Source: Candidatus Pacearchaeota archaeon (GTDB taxonomy: Archaea > Nanobdellota > Nanobdellia > Pacearchaeales > GW2011-AR1). Taken from it: 64,000 bases of DNA. The position numbers were made by a program, and so were the translations under genes. The DNA is taken from the NCBI GenBank assembly GCA_018303995.1, contig JAGVXB010000013.1:27490-91489 (forward strand), in the 5' to 3' direction. The stretch's first letter is position 1; each line of letters begins with the position of its first letter. Positions 39,427-48,708 of this stretch are shown here, piece by piece. The notes beneath the pieces were generated by a model. That model saw only the letters and a program-made list of their open reading frames with translations. It made no database searches and was not told where the DNA came from.

Positions 39427-39445
39427 CTTCAATCTCGAAAAGCCT

Positions 39446-39769
39446 TTAAATAGGAAAAGAAAAACCATTGACTTTAAACATTGTCTGTATTATATGAGTA
39501 GTAAGTATTGCTACTCCAAAAGCAATTCTCAAAGAACGAGTAAACTGTTTTCTATACCTATCGTTCTTATGCTCCCAAATTCTATAAGCTCCTTCAAAAA
39601 TCAAGAAAAAAGACGCTAAAAAAGCTAAAACATCTATGGTTATAGGATCCAAATAACTTGCATTTGAACTAATGTCTTGCTGACCTTTCAGTTGAACCAC
39701 AGTTACAAAGCCTATAGTAATCAATGAAATCAAAACAGTATACAAAATAGTCCTCTCAAAATTCTTCAT
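39446..39769 (-). CDS. Small 3-TM membrane protein
   Basis: Hydropathy only. Confidence 0.3.
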   Translation of the reverse strand: MKNFERTILYTVLISLITIGFVTVVQLKGQQDISSNASYLDPITIDVLAFLASFFLIFEGAYRIWEHKNDRYRKQFTRSLRIAFGVAILTTHIIQTMFKVNGFSFPI

Positions 39770-39848
39770 AAATCATAAAACAAGAATGCATATAAAAACA
39801 TACTCATTTTAATAGTAATCTTTATAACAACCACCCCTATTACTTAAC

Positions 39849-40802
39849 ATGCCAGACATGCAAAAACTGCTTCAAACAAAAGAACGCATCATCGAAGTCA
39901 TAAAAAAGAACGGTCCTGAACTTCCTGTAAGAGTTGCCAGCGCAATAGGAAACAACAACATATTCACAGCAGCATTCATGTCCGAACTAGTCAGCGAACA
40001 AAGACTAAAAATAAGCAATATGCGAGTAGGAAGCTCTCCATTATATTATATCATAGGCCAAGAAGAACAACTTCAAAAATATATAAACCATCTAAATAAC
40101 AAAGAAAAAGAAGCATTCAATTTACTAAAACAAAACAATATATTAGAAGATGCTCAAGTAGAACCAGCAATCCGAGTCGCATTAAGGCATATCAAAGATT
40201 TTGCAACACCCATACAAATTATAGACAAAGGTCAAGAAAAGCTATTCTGGAAAATACACACACTCCCAAATGAAGAAGCAAAAGATTTCATAGAACAGAT
40301 AATAAACCCACCAATTAAAAAGCAAGAAAAAGCAGAAATAAAAGAAATAATAGAAGAAGATAAAACAAAACAAGAAATAATTAAAGAAATTCAAAAAGAA
40401 ACGATTCAAGATAAAAAAACCGAAGAGCAAGTTATCAAAACACCCGAAATCACAAAAAAAGAAAAAACCCTCAAAATAAAAGAAATAAACTCAGAATTTC
40501 TAGATAATATAAAAAAATTGCTAACAAAAAAAGAATATGAAATAACTAAAGAAATATTAGCGAAGAAAAAAGAATTCACTGGAAAAGTCAAAATGCAAAC
40601 ACCTTTAGGTATACAAGAATTCTATTTAGTTGCAAAAGACAAAAAGAAAATCGTTCTAGAAGACATAGTAAACACATTACAAAAAGCACAAGCAGAAAAA
40701 ATGCCCGCATTAATCCTATCCCCGGGAGAAATAGATAAGAAAGCCCAAGACTATTATAAAGAATGGTCTAATTTGATAAAACATCAAAAAGTTAATTTCT
40801 AA
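39849..40802 (+). CDS. Hypothetical Lys/Glu-rich protein with a possible N-terminal winged helix
   Basis: ORF only. Confidence 0.35.
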   Translation: MPDMQKLLQTKERIIEVIKKNGPELPVRVASAIGNNNIFTAAFMSELVSEQRLKISNMRVGSSPLYYIIGQEEQLQKYINHLNNKEKEAFNLLKQNNILEDAQVEPAIRVALRHIKDFATPIQIIDKGQEKLFWKIHTLPNEEAKDFIEQIINPPIKKQEKAEIKEIIEEDKTKQEIIKEIQKETIQDKKTEEQVIKTPEITKKEKTLKIKEINSEFLDNIKKLLTKKEYEITKEILAKKKEFTGKVKMQTPLGIQEFYLVAKDKKKIVLEDIVNTLQKAQAEKMPALILSPGEIDKKAQDYYKEWSNLIKHQKVNF

Positions 40803-40842
40803 CTCCAAAAGCCTTTTAAACCCTCTAAACGAAAGCATTCCA

Positions 40843-41094
40843 ATGGGTAGAATAAAACAACTAATGGTAAAGAGAGCAAGTAAAGACTTGCTTACCAAGG
40901 GTCTCAATTTTGGAGAACATTTCACAGGAAACAAAACAATGCTCGGTAGCAATACAATGCCAAGCAAGAAAATAAGAAATAAAGTTGCAGGTTACCTCGC
41001 CCGTTTAAGACGAGCACAAATAAAAGTAAAAGCTGCAGAAGACTTAATATTATCGGGAAAAACTCAAGTTCCAGCAGAAACAGCTTATTCCTAA
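40843..41094 (+). CDS. rps17e: Ribosomal protein S17e
   Basis: MGRIKQLMVKRASKDLLTKG...MPSKKIRNKVAGYLARL compares with S17e MGRVRTKTVKKAAR...IPSKKLRNKIAGYVTHL. Confidence 0.8.
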   Translation: MGRIKQLMVKRASKDLLTKGLNFGEHFTGNKTMLGSNTMPSKKIRNKVAGYLARLRRAQIKVKAAEDLILSGKTQVPAETAYS

Positions 41095-41328
41095 TCAAAA
41101 CTTAGACAATTTCTTCTCGACATTCTTTAATCTATTATTAATCTCCATAAGCAACAGTCTTCTTTTGCGATTAAAATACATCGTAATTCCTTGAACAATA
41201 ATCCAAATTATAACTAAAAGCCCAACAGCCTGCACCCACAAACCAACCTCTCCAAGTTTTAACAAAATCTCATCAATCACAACCATATAAACCAATAGCA
41301 AGATATCTTTAAAAAAGCTCCCAAACAT
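41095..41328 (-). CDS. Small 2-TM membrane protein
   Basis: Hydropathy only. Confidence 0.3.
   Translation of the reverse strand: MFGSFFKDILLLVYMVVIDEILLKLGEVGLWVQAVGLLVIIWIIVQGITMYFNRKRRLLLMEINNRLKNVEKKLSKF
41306..41318 (+). promoter_or_regulatory. TATA-like box upstream of tRNA-Met
   Basis: tctttaaaaaag centred about 26 nt upstream of the tRNA 5' end. Confidence 0.4.
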
Positions 41329-41336
41329 CTACTTTC

Positions 41337-41409
41337 GGCGCTGTAGCTCAGTGGTAGTAGCGCGTGTCTCATAAGCACGAGGTCGGGAGTTCAATTCTCC
41401 CTAGCGCCA
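41337..41409 (+). tRNA. tRNA-Met (anticodon CAT; elongator Met or Ile2-type), no encoded CCA
   Basis: GGCGCTG acceptor, GTTCAATTC T-loop, anticodon stem CGTGT/GCACG with loop CTCATAA, discriminator A. Confidence 0.85.
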
Positions 41410-42085
41410 TTTTACTCCTTAAATAACTTTGATATCTGGATTCATGTTTCGGATTAATGAACCCTATAAGATTTCTAAACTCTTCAGTGTTTTTAGAACC
41501 ATTTGAAGATATGACGTAAGAATCTTTTGTTTTTCTAAAAGATTTTTCATGAACTTTAACTCTTTTTTGAGTATAGCAATTTGCAGATATGCCCTTATTA
41601 TTCAGATATTCAGATACCTTACTAAAAGCAGTAGGCAAACAAGCCGTGAAGAACATTCGAGGATACTTAGTCCCATTATTATTTACAATAGTGAGACAAC
41701 CATCTGTTGCAAACAAACCAGCTAAAACAAATCTCATTAAATCTCCATCAAAAATAGAAGGAATCAAAATATCTTTCTTTTTTCCAGAATTAAATCCAAG
41801 AGATTCGATTTTCGCAAACAATTCCTTATTGCTAACAAATATATCTCGAGCACCATATTTTTGTCTTAGTTTAACTGTAGGACTTGTGCCAGTAAAAGAA
41901 CAAAATAAAGGAACTAAAACCTCATCAAAGAATTCAGCATCATCATAATAACTTCCAGTAACTACAATCATCGAACGCTCTCTTCCTTTTGAAGTAGTGT
42001 AGCGAGAAAGACACCCATCCCCTAACAAAACACCATAAAGTAAAGCAAATTTCTGTTCACTTGTTAAAGAAGAGATATAATCCAC
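41369..42085 (-). CDS. Free-standing LAGLIDADG homing-endonuclease-like protein (double-motif)
   Basis: LLYGVLLGDGCL and VLAGLFATDGCL, two LAGLIDADG motifs. The last roughly 13 codons run antisense through tRNA-Met (…RIELPTSCL). Confidence 0.7.
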   Translation of the reverse strand: MDYISSLTSEQKFALLYGVLLGDGCLSRYTTSKGRERSMIVVTGSYYDDAEFFDEVLVPLFCSFTGTSPTVKLRQKYGARDIFVSNKELFAKIESLGFNSGKKKDILIPSIFDGDLMRFVLAGLFATDGCLTIVNNNGTKYPRMFFTACLPTAFSKVSEYLNNKGISANCYTQKRVKVHEKSFRKTKDSYVISSNGSKNTEEFRNLIGFINPKHESRYQSYLRSKMALGRIELPTSCL

Positions 42086-42176
42086 AATAAAAGATAGATT
42101 TGTAAAATAAATACTTTGGTTTTAATTTTCTAGTAGTCCTCAGAAATTGTCAAAAAAGTACCACATCCCATAGCCA

Positions 42177-42401
42177 TTAAAATAAATAATCGTAAGAATA
42201 AGAACCTACTTGAAGTCCTGTTAAAAGCAACTTAGCCAATTCAGATCTTTCTTCCTCATCTAATAAATCTCTTCTTTTATTAGTCAATCTAGGATTTATC
42301 TTTGCACTATCTGCAATTAGTTCAACAATCCTTTGTCTGTAAATGTCCAATTCTTTCCTATCTAATCCTTCTTCATAACTTCCTTGTTGATATTCAGGCA
42401 T
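42177..42401 (-). CDS. Hypothetical 74-aa protein
   Basis: ORF only. Confidence 0.3.
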   Translation of the reverse strand: MPEYQQGSYEEGLDRKELDIYRQRIVELIADSAKINPRLTNKRRDLLDEEERSELAKLLLTGLQVGSYSYDYLF

Positions 42402-42733
42402 GCATTTAGAATTAATAAGAAATATAAAAAACTATGCCCAAGTCAAAATCTAAGGCACCTTTCCAACAAAATACAAATTAAAACGTTTATATAATTCAAA
42501 ATCCTCCTAAAAGAAGGTTCACAAATGAACTGGAACAAGAATTAAAAAAATACAAAAGAATAGAAAGAACAATTCTTTATCTAGACATATTCATAGCACT
42601 TCTCTTAATCTTCTTTTCTCAAAAACTAATAAACACAATATTCGGCCAAGCAATATTATGGTTTGCGCTTACAATGTTAGGAATAATAGCAATATTAAGA
42701 ACATTCAAAATGATAGGTCTAAAAAACTAGAAA

Positions 42734-43099
42734 CTAAACTCGAGTCAAAAATCTCAACCCATCCCCATCCTTGCGAGGAATAACATGAATATGAGCATGC
42801 ATAACAACTTGTCCAGCAACAGCCAAATTATTCATCACTAAATTAAATCCGTCTCCAAGTTTTTTATCCAGTAAATCAGAAGCAACTTTCTTTGTAAACT
42901 CAATCATTTCATTTCCAAGTCTATTCGGAATATCTAACAAAGTAACATAGTGTTGTTTAGGGATCACGAGAGCATGCCCTTTAGCAGTTGGTTTAATATC
43001 TAAAACAGCAATAAATGAATCACTTTCCATTATCTTTTCTTGTTTAATCTCTCCACTAATAATCTTGCAAAACACGCAATTCTTATCTTGCTTAACCAT
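42734..43099 (-). CDS. HIT-family hydrolase
   Basis: Histidine triad VVMHAHIHVIPR and N-terminal CVFCKI. Confidence 0.85.
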   Translation of the reverse strand: MVKQDKNCVFCKIISGEIKQEKIMESDSFIAVLDIKPTAKGHALVIPKQHYVTLLDIPNRLGNEMIEFTKKVASDLLDKKLGDGFNLVMNNLAVAGQVVMHAHIHVIPRKDGDGLRFLTRV

Positions 43100-43103
43100 C
43101 TTA

Positions 43104-43907
43104 TTATTTAAAAACGCCTTTATAAAAACTCTTAGCCATCACAGCTCGATTTACTTTTTCAAGTTTTTCATTCTTCCCATTAAACAAAGAACTAAACCAA
43201 GACTTTCTTTCAGGAAGCCCAAGAACAGCACGACAAAATCTATCAACCTCGCTAGTCAAAGGAGTCCTACCTGCAAAAAGAGTAGCAGGCACTCTTTCAG
43301 ATAAAGCCATATGTTGAATATCATCATATTTTATTTTAGCAACAATTGGAATTCCAGTAGATTCCTGTATCTCCTCAAGATTAACATCATAATGTCCCCG
43401 AGACTGGTTAATAATAATCCCTTCAATAGGCCTATGACGTTGTTTAGCAAGCTGAGAAGCGCGAATAGTACAGCTTAAAGTAGGATAATCAGGAGTAGAC
43501 ACCGCAAACAAATGATCTGAAGCAATAATTGTAGCAAGCATCTCTTCATTCAATGAAGGTGAAGAATCTAAAACAACAAAATCATAATCTTTTTTCAAAT
43601 GTGCAATCTTATCTTTCAAAAGCATTGGATTAACTTCTTTATTATTTAAAAAATTTCCGGGAATTACATCTACCCCATACTGCAAATGAATAGCCGAGGA
43701 TACGGAATCGCCGTTCAAAACATCATGAATAGTCTTTTGTGGCGAAACAATATCCATATGAAGCCCTAAATTAGGAGCAGATAAATTAGCATCAATCAAA
43801 AGAACTTTCTTATGATAAGAATTAGCAAGATGAGTTGCAACAGCAGCAGAAATAGTGGTCTTTCCTACTCCGCCCTTCAAAGATATAAATCCAAGTGTCT
43901 TTCCCAT
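43104..43907 (-). CDS. ParA/MinD-family P-loop ATPase
   Basis: Deviant Walker A LKGGVGKTT. Confidence 0.8.
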   Translation of the reverse strand: MGKTLGFISLKGGVGKTTISAAVATHLANSYHKKVLLIDANLSAPNLGLHMDIVSPQKTIHDVLNGDSVSSAIHLQYGVDVIPGNFLNNKEVNPMLLKDKIAHLKKDYDFVVLDSSPSLNEEMLATIIASDHLFAVSTPDYPTLSCTIRASQLAKQRHRPIEGIIINQSRGHYDVNLEEIQESTGIPIVAKIKYDDIQHMALSERVPATLFAGRTPLTSEVDRFCRAVLGLPERKSWFSSLFNGKNEKLEKVNRAVMAKSFYKGVFK

Positions 43908-43908
43908 A

Positions 43909-44157
43909 TCAAGAACGTTTCATTAAACCCTTAGGATTCAACGAACGAATAACTATAAAATAAACAAAAGCACCAATCCATCCAGCAAGAACAATAACTA
44001 CAATCCAAATAATCTTTTCAGCATCATTCTTAAACTTGCGCTTAGCACAATCAACAAGCATCCAAACCCATAGAATTATAATAACGATGGCAACCAGCAT
44101 CATCGTCCCTGCAAACGCTGCAGCAAACGGCCAAAAAGCTATATCCATCATCCCCAT
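43909..44157 (-). CDS. PLDc_N-like small membrane protein
   Basis: Two TM helices plus CAKRKFKND...WIVVIVLAGWIGAFVYFIV. Confidence 0.4.
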   Translation of the reverse strand: MGMMDIAFWPFAAAFAGTMMLVAIVIIILWVWMLVDCAKRKFKNDAEKIIWIVVIVLAGWIGAFVYFIVIRSLNPKGLMKRS

Positions 44158-44195
44158 AATATATATTGCAGAGGGTTATTTATAAACCTAATTAA

Positions 44196-44492
44196 TCACA
44201 ACTCAAAACTCCATTGCCCAACATCCATATACTCTCTAGGAACCGGTCCAACATCGACAGTTCTAACACCTCCATTAACATTGACATCTAAAAAGATATT
44301 TCCATTACAATAATAACCTCTCCTTAAATGCCTATCTAATTGCTCATTCAACTCAAGAACATAGTTCATCCTATTAGCCCTACTCACAGAAAACATCGCA
44401 TCAAAAACAATTTTTCTAAAAGCAACTAAATCCTCTTCAGAACAGTTTACAACATCTTCCAATTTAACAGCATCAGGTTTATCATAAGTCAT
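44196..44492 (-). CDS. Hypothetical protein
   Basis: ORF overlaps the GlyRS start by 4 nt. Confidence 0.3.
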   Translation of the reverse strand: MTYDKPDAVKLEDVVNCSEEDLVAFRKIVFDAMFSVSRANRMNYVLELNEQLDRHLRRGYYCNGNIFLDVNVNGGVRTVDVGPVPREYMDVGQWSFEL

Positions 44493-46012
44493 TGTAATTT
44501 TTCTTTAATATAACTTACTAACTCGCTAATCTTCACTCTCTCTTGCTTCCCACTATCGCGATCACGGACAGTAACTGCCTTATCTTTAATAGAATCATAA
44601 TCAACAGTCACAGCAAAAGGCGTCCCAGAAATCATACTTCTCAGATATCTTTTACCTATACTCCCAGAAGCATCATAATCAACAATAAAATCCTTACTCA
44701 AATTATTATAAATCCCCTCGGCAATCTCAACCAATTCATCTTTTTTCATCAAAGGAAAAACACTAATTGAAATAGGAGCCATACTGTAAGGTATTTTAAA
44801 AACAGTCTTTCCATCGTCCTCAGATTTTTTTTCATAAAATAAATCAATAAGAGCATAAGTAGGCCTATCAGTCCCAAAAGCAATTTCTAAAATATGTGGC
44901 ACAAAACGAGTTCCATCTTCACGAATAGCCTCGAGAGCAACGCCAGATTCCTTAGAATGTTGTTTCAAATCATAATCAGTCCTATCATGAACTCCACAAA
45001 CTTCAACCCACCCATAATTATTTGTCTTAACTTCAATATCCCAAGCATCTGCAGCATAAAAAGCACGTTCATTAGGATGATGCTGTCTAATTCTCAATCT
45101 CTCAGCAGGAATTCCAAATCTTCTAAACTGCATATAAGCCAACCACAAACACCAAGCATATGCTTTAGTTGAAACTAATTTCTTTTTCAAAGCATTTTCA
45201 AGAGACATTAAAACAGGAATCTTTTCAGCATCTTGAAGAGTATAATCCCATAAAGGCAAATGTTCATTTTTCACAATTTCAAATCTATCCCAATTATCTT
45301 TTTCTTTAGGATCAATAAACAACTGCCCTTCTGCTTGAGTAAACTCACGACCTCGTAAAACACTCTGCCTAGGAGATATTTCATTTCTATATGCCTTGCC
45401 TATCTGAAAAACTCCAAACGGCAACTTCTTTCTGAAATATTGATACATTCTAACAAAAGGCAAATAAGTCACTGTAGCAGTCTCAGGACGCAATGAAGCA
45501 TCCTGTCCAGCAACTTTTGTCTTCATCATCAAACTCTGCCTCTCCAACTTATCATTAAAACGCCCTGAACAAGAAGGACAATTAATCTTTTTCTCTTTAA
45601 TAAAATCAAGCAACTTAGAATCTGAAAAACCATCCGCACTAACATCAAATTTCTCTTCAACTAGCTTATCAGCGCGAAAAACAGCATTGCACTTCGAACA
45701 ATTTATAATCCTATCAGAAAATGTTCCCAAATGTCCAGAAGCCTTCCAAACCCTATCAGGCATAATAGTAGGACCTTCTAATTCCCTAAATCCATTGAAA
45801 TTGAAAACATGTCTAACAGAATTCTCAACTTTATTTTTTAACAATTTTCCAAGAGGTCCATAAGTGTAAAAACCAGCAAGCCCCCCATATATTTCAGGTT
45901 CAGGCCCCCAAATCAAACCACTTTCTTGAACAAAACTAATAAACGCAGATTCGTCTAATTTAACTTTAGCACTATTATCAGCATCAATTTTCTTCACAAC
46001 CATATTAAACAC
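44489..46012 (-). CDS. glyS: Glycyl-tRNA synthetase, archaeal/eukaryal alpha2 type
   Basis: PEIYGGLAGFYTYGPLG N-terminal signature; class II motifs; 507 aa. Confidence 0.85.
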   Translation of the reverse strand: MFNMVVKKIDADNSAKVKLDESAFISFVQESGLIWGPEPEIYGGLAGFYTYGPLGKLLKNKVENSVRHVFNFNGFRELEGPTIMPDRVWKASGHLGTFSDRIINCSKCNAVFRADKLVEEKFDVSADGFSDSKLLDFIKEKKINCPSCSGRFNDKLERQSLMMKTKVAGQDASLRPETATVTYLPFVRMYQYFRKKLPFGVFQIGKAYRNEISPRQSVLRGREFTQAEGQLFIDPKEKDNWDRFEIVKNEHLPLWDYTLQDAEKIPVLMSLENALKKKLVSTKAYAWCLWLAYMQFRRFGIPAERLRIRQHHPNERAFYAADAWDIEVKTNNYGWVEVCGVHDRTDYDLKQHSKESGVALEAIREDGTRFVPHILEIAFGTDRPTYALIDLFYEKKSEDDGKTVFKIPYSMAPISISVFPLMKKDELVEIAEGIYNNLSKDFIVDYDASGSIGKRYLRSMISGTPFAVTVDYDSIKDKAVTVRDRDSGKQERVKISELVSYIKEKLQ

Positions 46013-46070
46013 TACAAAATACCTACTTTAAATCTTTCGATGAACTAAAAAAGGAAAAGTATAAATATAA

Positions 46071-46223
46071 GATGTACGTATATACACGTATGGTAAGAAA
46101 GAAATTAACTCTGACAATTGACGAAAAAATATTAAGAGAATATAAGGAGTTTTGTGAAAAAGAAGGAATTAACATTTCTAAAAGAGTAGAAAAATATATG
46201 AAAAAAGACCTAAACAAAAATGA
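46071..46223 (+). CDS. Small ribbon-helix-helix (CopG/antitoxin-like) protein
   Basis: MYVYTRMVRKKLTLTIDEKILREYKEFCEKEGINISKRVEKYMKKRPKQK*. The stop TGA overlaps the ATG of the downstream LAGLIDADG gene (ATGA). Confidence 0.4.
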
Positions 46224-46996
46224 AATTTGACATCTCAAAAATAGAATTTAGTAGATATGACAAAAGAAGAGAAATAGTTTTACCTCTTAATTTAACCCCA
46301 GAATTAGCTGAACTATCTGGAATAATGCTTGGAGATGGTAACATTTACATGAAAAATAATAGATATGAAATCATGATCGCAGGCGATGCTAATGAAGATT
46401 TTGAGTACCATAATAATCATATAGCAGAATTATTCAAAAAGGTTTTTAACATAAAACCAATTACAAAATATAAATTTTCTCCAGATGGAAAAAAGTCTAT
46501 TGCAACCAAAATAGAGTCTAAAGCAATGTGTCAATTTTACACACAAATACTCAGTTTACCAAATGGAAAAAAGAAAGATATTCAAATTCCTAAAGGCATA
46601 GACGAATCTGAAGAATATATTTGTAAGTTTTTAAGAGGAGTTGCAGATACAGACTTCACAATTCGTTTCAAAAATAGAGATAAAAGAAAAAGTTATTATC
46701 CTTTAATAGAAGGTCAATTTGGAGACAGGTTGTTGGTAGAAAACTTAAAGCTATTGTTAGATAGAATAAGAATTCATTCAACATTAAATCACGGCACTAG
46801 TTACAATAAAAAAACAAAAAAGATTTATCAAAATCATAGAATTACAATTACAGGTAATAAAAATTTAGAAAAATGGATGAATCAAATAGGTTTTGCGAAC
46901 AATCGCCATCTTATTAGATATAAAGTTTGGAAAAAGTTAGGTTTCTGCCCACCACATACCAATATGGAAAAAGGCAAATTAATTCTGCTAAACTAA
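46220..46996 (+). CDS. Free-standing LAGLIDADG homing-endonuclease-like protein (paralog of 41369-42085)
   Basis: LSGIMLGDGNI and FLRGVADTDFTI motifs; shares GKKKDI.IP with the other copy. The end coordinate is taken from the ORF track, ±1-6 nt against the displayed text. Confidence 0.7.
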   Translation: MKFDISKIEFSRYDKRREIVLPLNLTPELAELSGIMLGDGNIYMKNNRYEIMIAGDANEDFEYHNNHIAELFKKVFNIKPITKYKFSPDGKKSIATKIESKAMCQFYTQILSLPNGKKKDIQIPKGIDESEEYICKFLRGVADTDFTIRFKNRDKRKSYYPLIEGQFGDRLLVENLKLLLDRIRIHSTLNHGTSYNKKTKKIYQNHRITITGNKNLEKWMNQIGFANNRHLIRYKVWKKLGFCPPHTNMEKGKLILLN

Positions 46997-47070
46997 AGCA
47001 CGGAGCAGGATTCGAACCTACGGAATACTCGGGCTGCAGCCGAGCGCGTTAACCACTTCGCCATCCGTGC
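46996..47070 (-). tRNA. tRNA-Cys (GCA)
   Basis: Reverse complement GCACGGA...CTCGG-CTGCAGC-CCGAG...GGTTCGAATCC...TCCGTGC-T, discriminator U. Confidence 0.8.
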
Positions 47071-47122
47071 ATAAGCAAGTATGGAGGATACTGTGAACTT
47101 CAGTTCACTCCATCCATGCGGA

Positions 47123-47214
47123 CGCGCCCGATAGGATTTGAACCTACGACCCCTTGCTAACTCCGCTTCTAAGTGTAGAAGGCAAGCGCTCTATCCAGGC
47201 TGAGCTACGGGCGC
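47123..47214 (-). tRNA. tRNA-Arg (TCT) with a putative 17-nt intron at the canonical 37/38 position
   Basis: Reverse complement GCGCCCG-TA-GCTC...GAGC-G-CTTGC-CTTCTA[CACTTAGAAGCGGAGTT]A-GCAAG-...GGTTCAAATCC...CGGGCGC-G. The intron pairs with the anticodon loop (CTTCTA/TAGAAG). Confidence 0.55.
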
Positions 47215-47246
47215 ATATAATTTTCAATAAAAATTTACTTTTAAAC

Positions 47247-48692
47247 CTATGCAGACACCCCTTGTGGATTATGACTAAATATTCTAGAATCAACAACCAC
47301 TACATCCCTCACATTTCGCACGAATTCATATCTTATCAAAGCCCTGCTGTATTTAACCGGAACATCCTTGTCCAGATCGACAACTAAACCATAAATCCTA
47401 TTACTTCTAATAACCACTCCGTAAACTCTGCCAACTTTAATTCCAGTATCTGTGTAAACTTCGAGACCATTAACTTTACTTAATAGACCATTCTCCTCAT
47501 CATTAAAAGGCTTGCGAGCAAAATATCTATAAGCCACTAATAAGACCCCTACAATAACAAAAGCCAATATAATAAAATAAATATTAAGCCCTCTAAACTC
47601 TCCGTATGTAGATCCAGCAAAACCCGTAATTCCATTACTATTTGCATTTAGTTCTCCGTTTAAAATGCTAAATTTCTGCTCTGCAAAAGCCCTCTGTAAA
47701 TTACCATATAAAACGTCAACTCTTAAAATATAATCTCCATCTACCAAATTAAACCCATCAAGAGTTTTATCATACGACAAAGATTTCTCGACCGCCTTTG
47801 TCTCTATCTGACTAAACACCTCATAACCTGTAGAATTAATAATAGAATATTTTACATGAACATCTATTTTTTCTAATCCAATTTTCTCGTCCAAATTAAT
47901 ATTAAAGTTAATATTTCCAGCAGTAAACTTAACTTTATCTAATATCAAAGCAATATCAAATAAAGATTCTGAACATTGCATCTGTTCTATAGGTTTGCTC
48001 TCATTTCCAACACAAGTACCTATATTTTTACAAGTTCTACTCTGAATATTATCTGAACAAACATTCCAAGGAGTACAATCCCAGTTATAATTACATCTTT
48101 CTATTACTCTAGTCGTCCCACCTCCGGAGCCTCCACCAGAACCAGAAGAGATCCCAGAAGAACTAGAACCATGAGAAGTCAAGTCAAAAAAGTCAACTAC
48201 GCTTGTAACGGCGCCAGTAGAATCATTAGCATAAAACACAACATCATATCTACCAACAACCGAAGGCACAGGCAAATAATTCAATGTCTGCCCGTTAACC
48301 AAATTCAATATCTGTACTTGAGAATTAGGCGACGTTACTTGAGCCCAAACAGATTGCGCATTCAATGCAGTAACAAAAAGCCCAATCGTAGAACCAACAA
48401 CGGCAGATTTAGGAGATATAGAATAAGAACTTATGCTCACCGTTCTCAAATAAGCACTTTCTTCAAAAAAACCGATATTAGCCCTAAAACTAGAACTTTC
48501 AGCACTTCTCGTCGTCCCAGCAGTTTCAGAAAGAAAAGTAGAATTATAACTATTAGAATATCCTTTTCCCGTAACCATTCCATTTCCAAACATAGAAAAA
48601 GAATAACTAGAAGAAGTTGCGTTTAAAGATGAAGAAGTTTGAATAAATAAAATCATGAAAAGTAGACTTGCAATTAAAATATTTTTTTTCAT
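47247..48692 (-). CDS. Secreted/surface protein with signal peptide, Cys-rich module, C-terminal TM anchor and short cytoplasmic tail
   Basis: Signal peptide MKKNILIASLLFMILFIQTSSS. CNYNWDCTPWNVCSDNIQSRTCKNIGTCVGN. TM helix IYFIILAFVIVGVLLVAYRYF. Confidence 0.5.
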   Translation of the reverse strand: MKKNILIASLLFMILFIQTSSSLNATSSSYSFSMFGNGMVTGKGYSNSYNSTFLSETAGTTRSAESSSFRANIGFFEESAYLRTVSISSYSISPKSAVVGSTIGLFVTALNAQSVWAQVTSPNSQVQILNLVNGQTLNYLPVPSVVGRYDVVFYANDSTGAVTSVVDFFDLTSHGSSSSGISSGSGGGSGGGTTRVIERCNYNWDCTPWNVCSDNIQSRTCKNIGTCVGNESKPIEQMQCSESLFDIALILDKVKFTAGNINFNINLDEKIGLEKIDVHVKYSIINSTGYEVFSQIETKAVEKSLSYDKTLDGFNLVDGDYILRVDVLYGNLQRAFAEQKFSILNGELNANSNGITGFAGSTYGEFRGLNIYFIILAFVIVGVLLVAYRYFARKPFNDEENGLLSKVNGLEVYTDTGIKVGRVYGVVIRSNRIYGLVVDLDKDVPVKYSRALIRYEFVRNVRDVVVVDSRIFSHNPQGVSA

Positions 48693-48708
48693 GTTAATAT
48701 CTCCTTAA

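Noticed and set aside
39849-40802. Purine-rich aaagaa repeats that might be an array
   Set aside because: These are codon-level Lys/Glu low complexity within one ORF and not periodic direct repeats with spacers.
42519-42730. About 60-aa hydrophobic ORF in the 330-nt intergenic region
   Set aside because: It has no ATG, GTG or TTG start in frame after the upstream stop. It might be a non-canonical-start micro-protein, but this is unsupported.
46023-46238. 71-aa minus-strand ORF
   Set aside because: Low-complexity FFS-rich translation. The plus strand of the same interval encodes a well-formed RHH-like 51-aa protein coupled to the LAGLIDADG gene.
47154-47387. 77-aa plus-strand ORF
   Set aside because: It starts inside tRNA-Arg on the opposite strand and overlaps the 481-aa surface-protein gene antisense.
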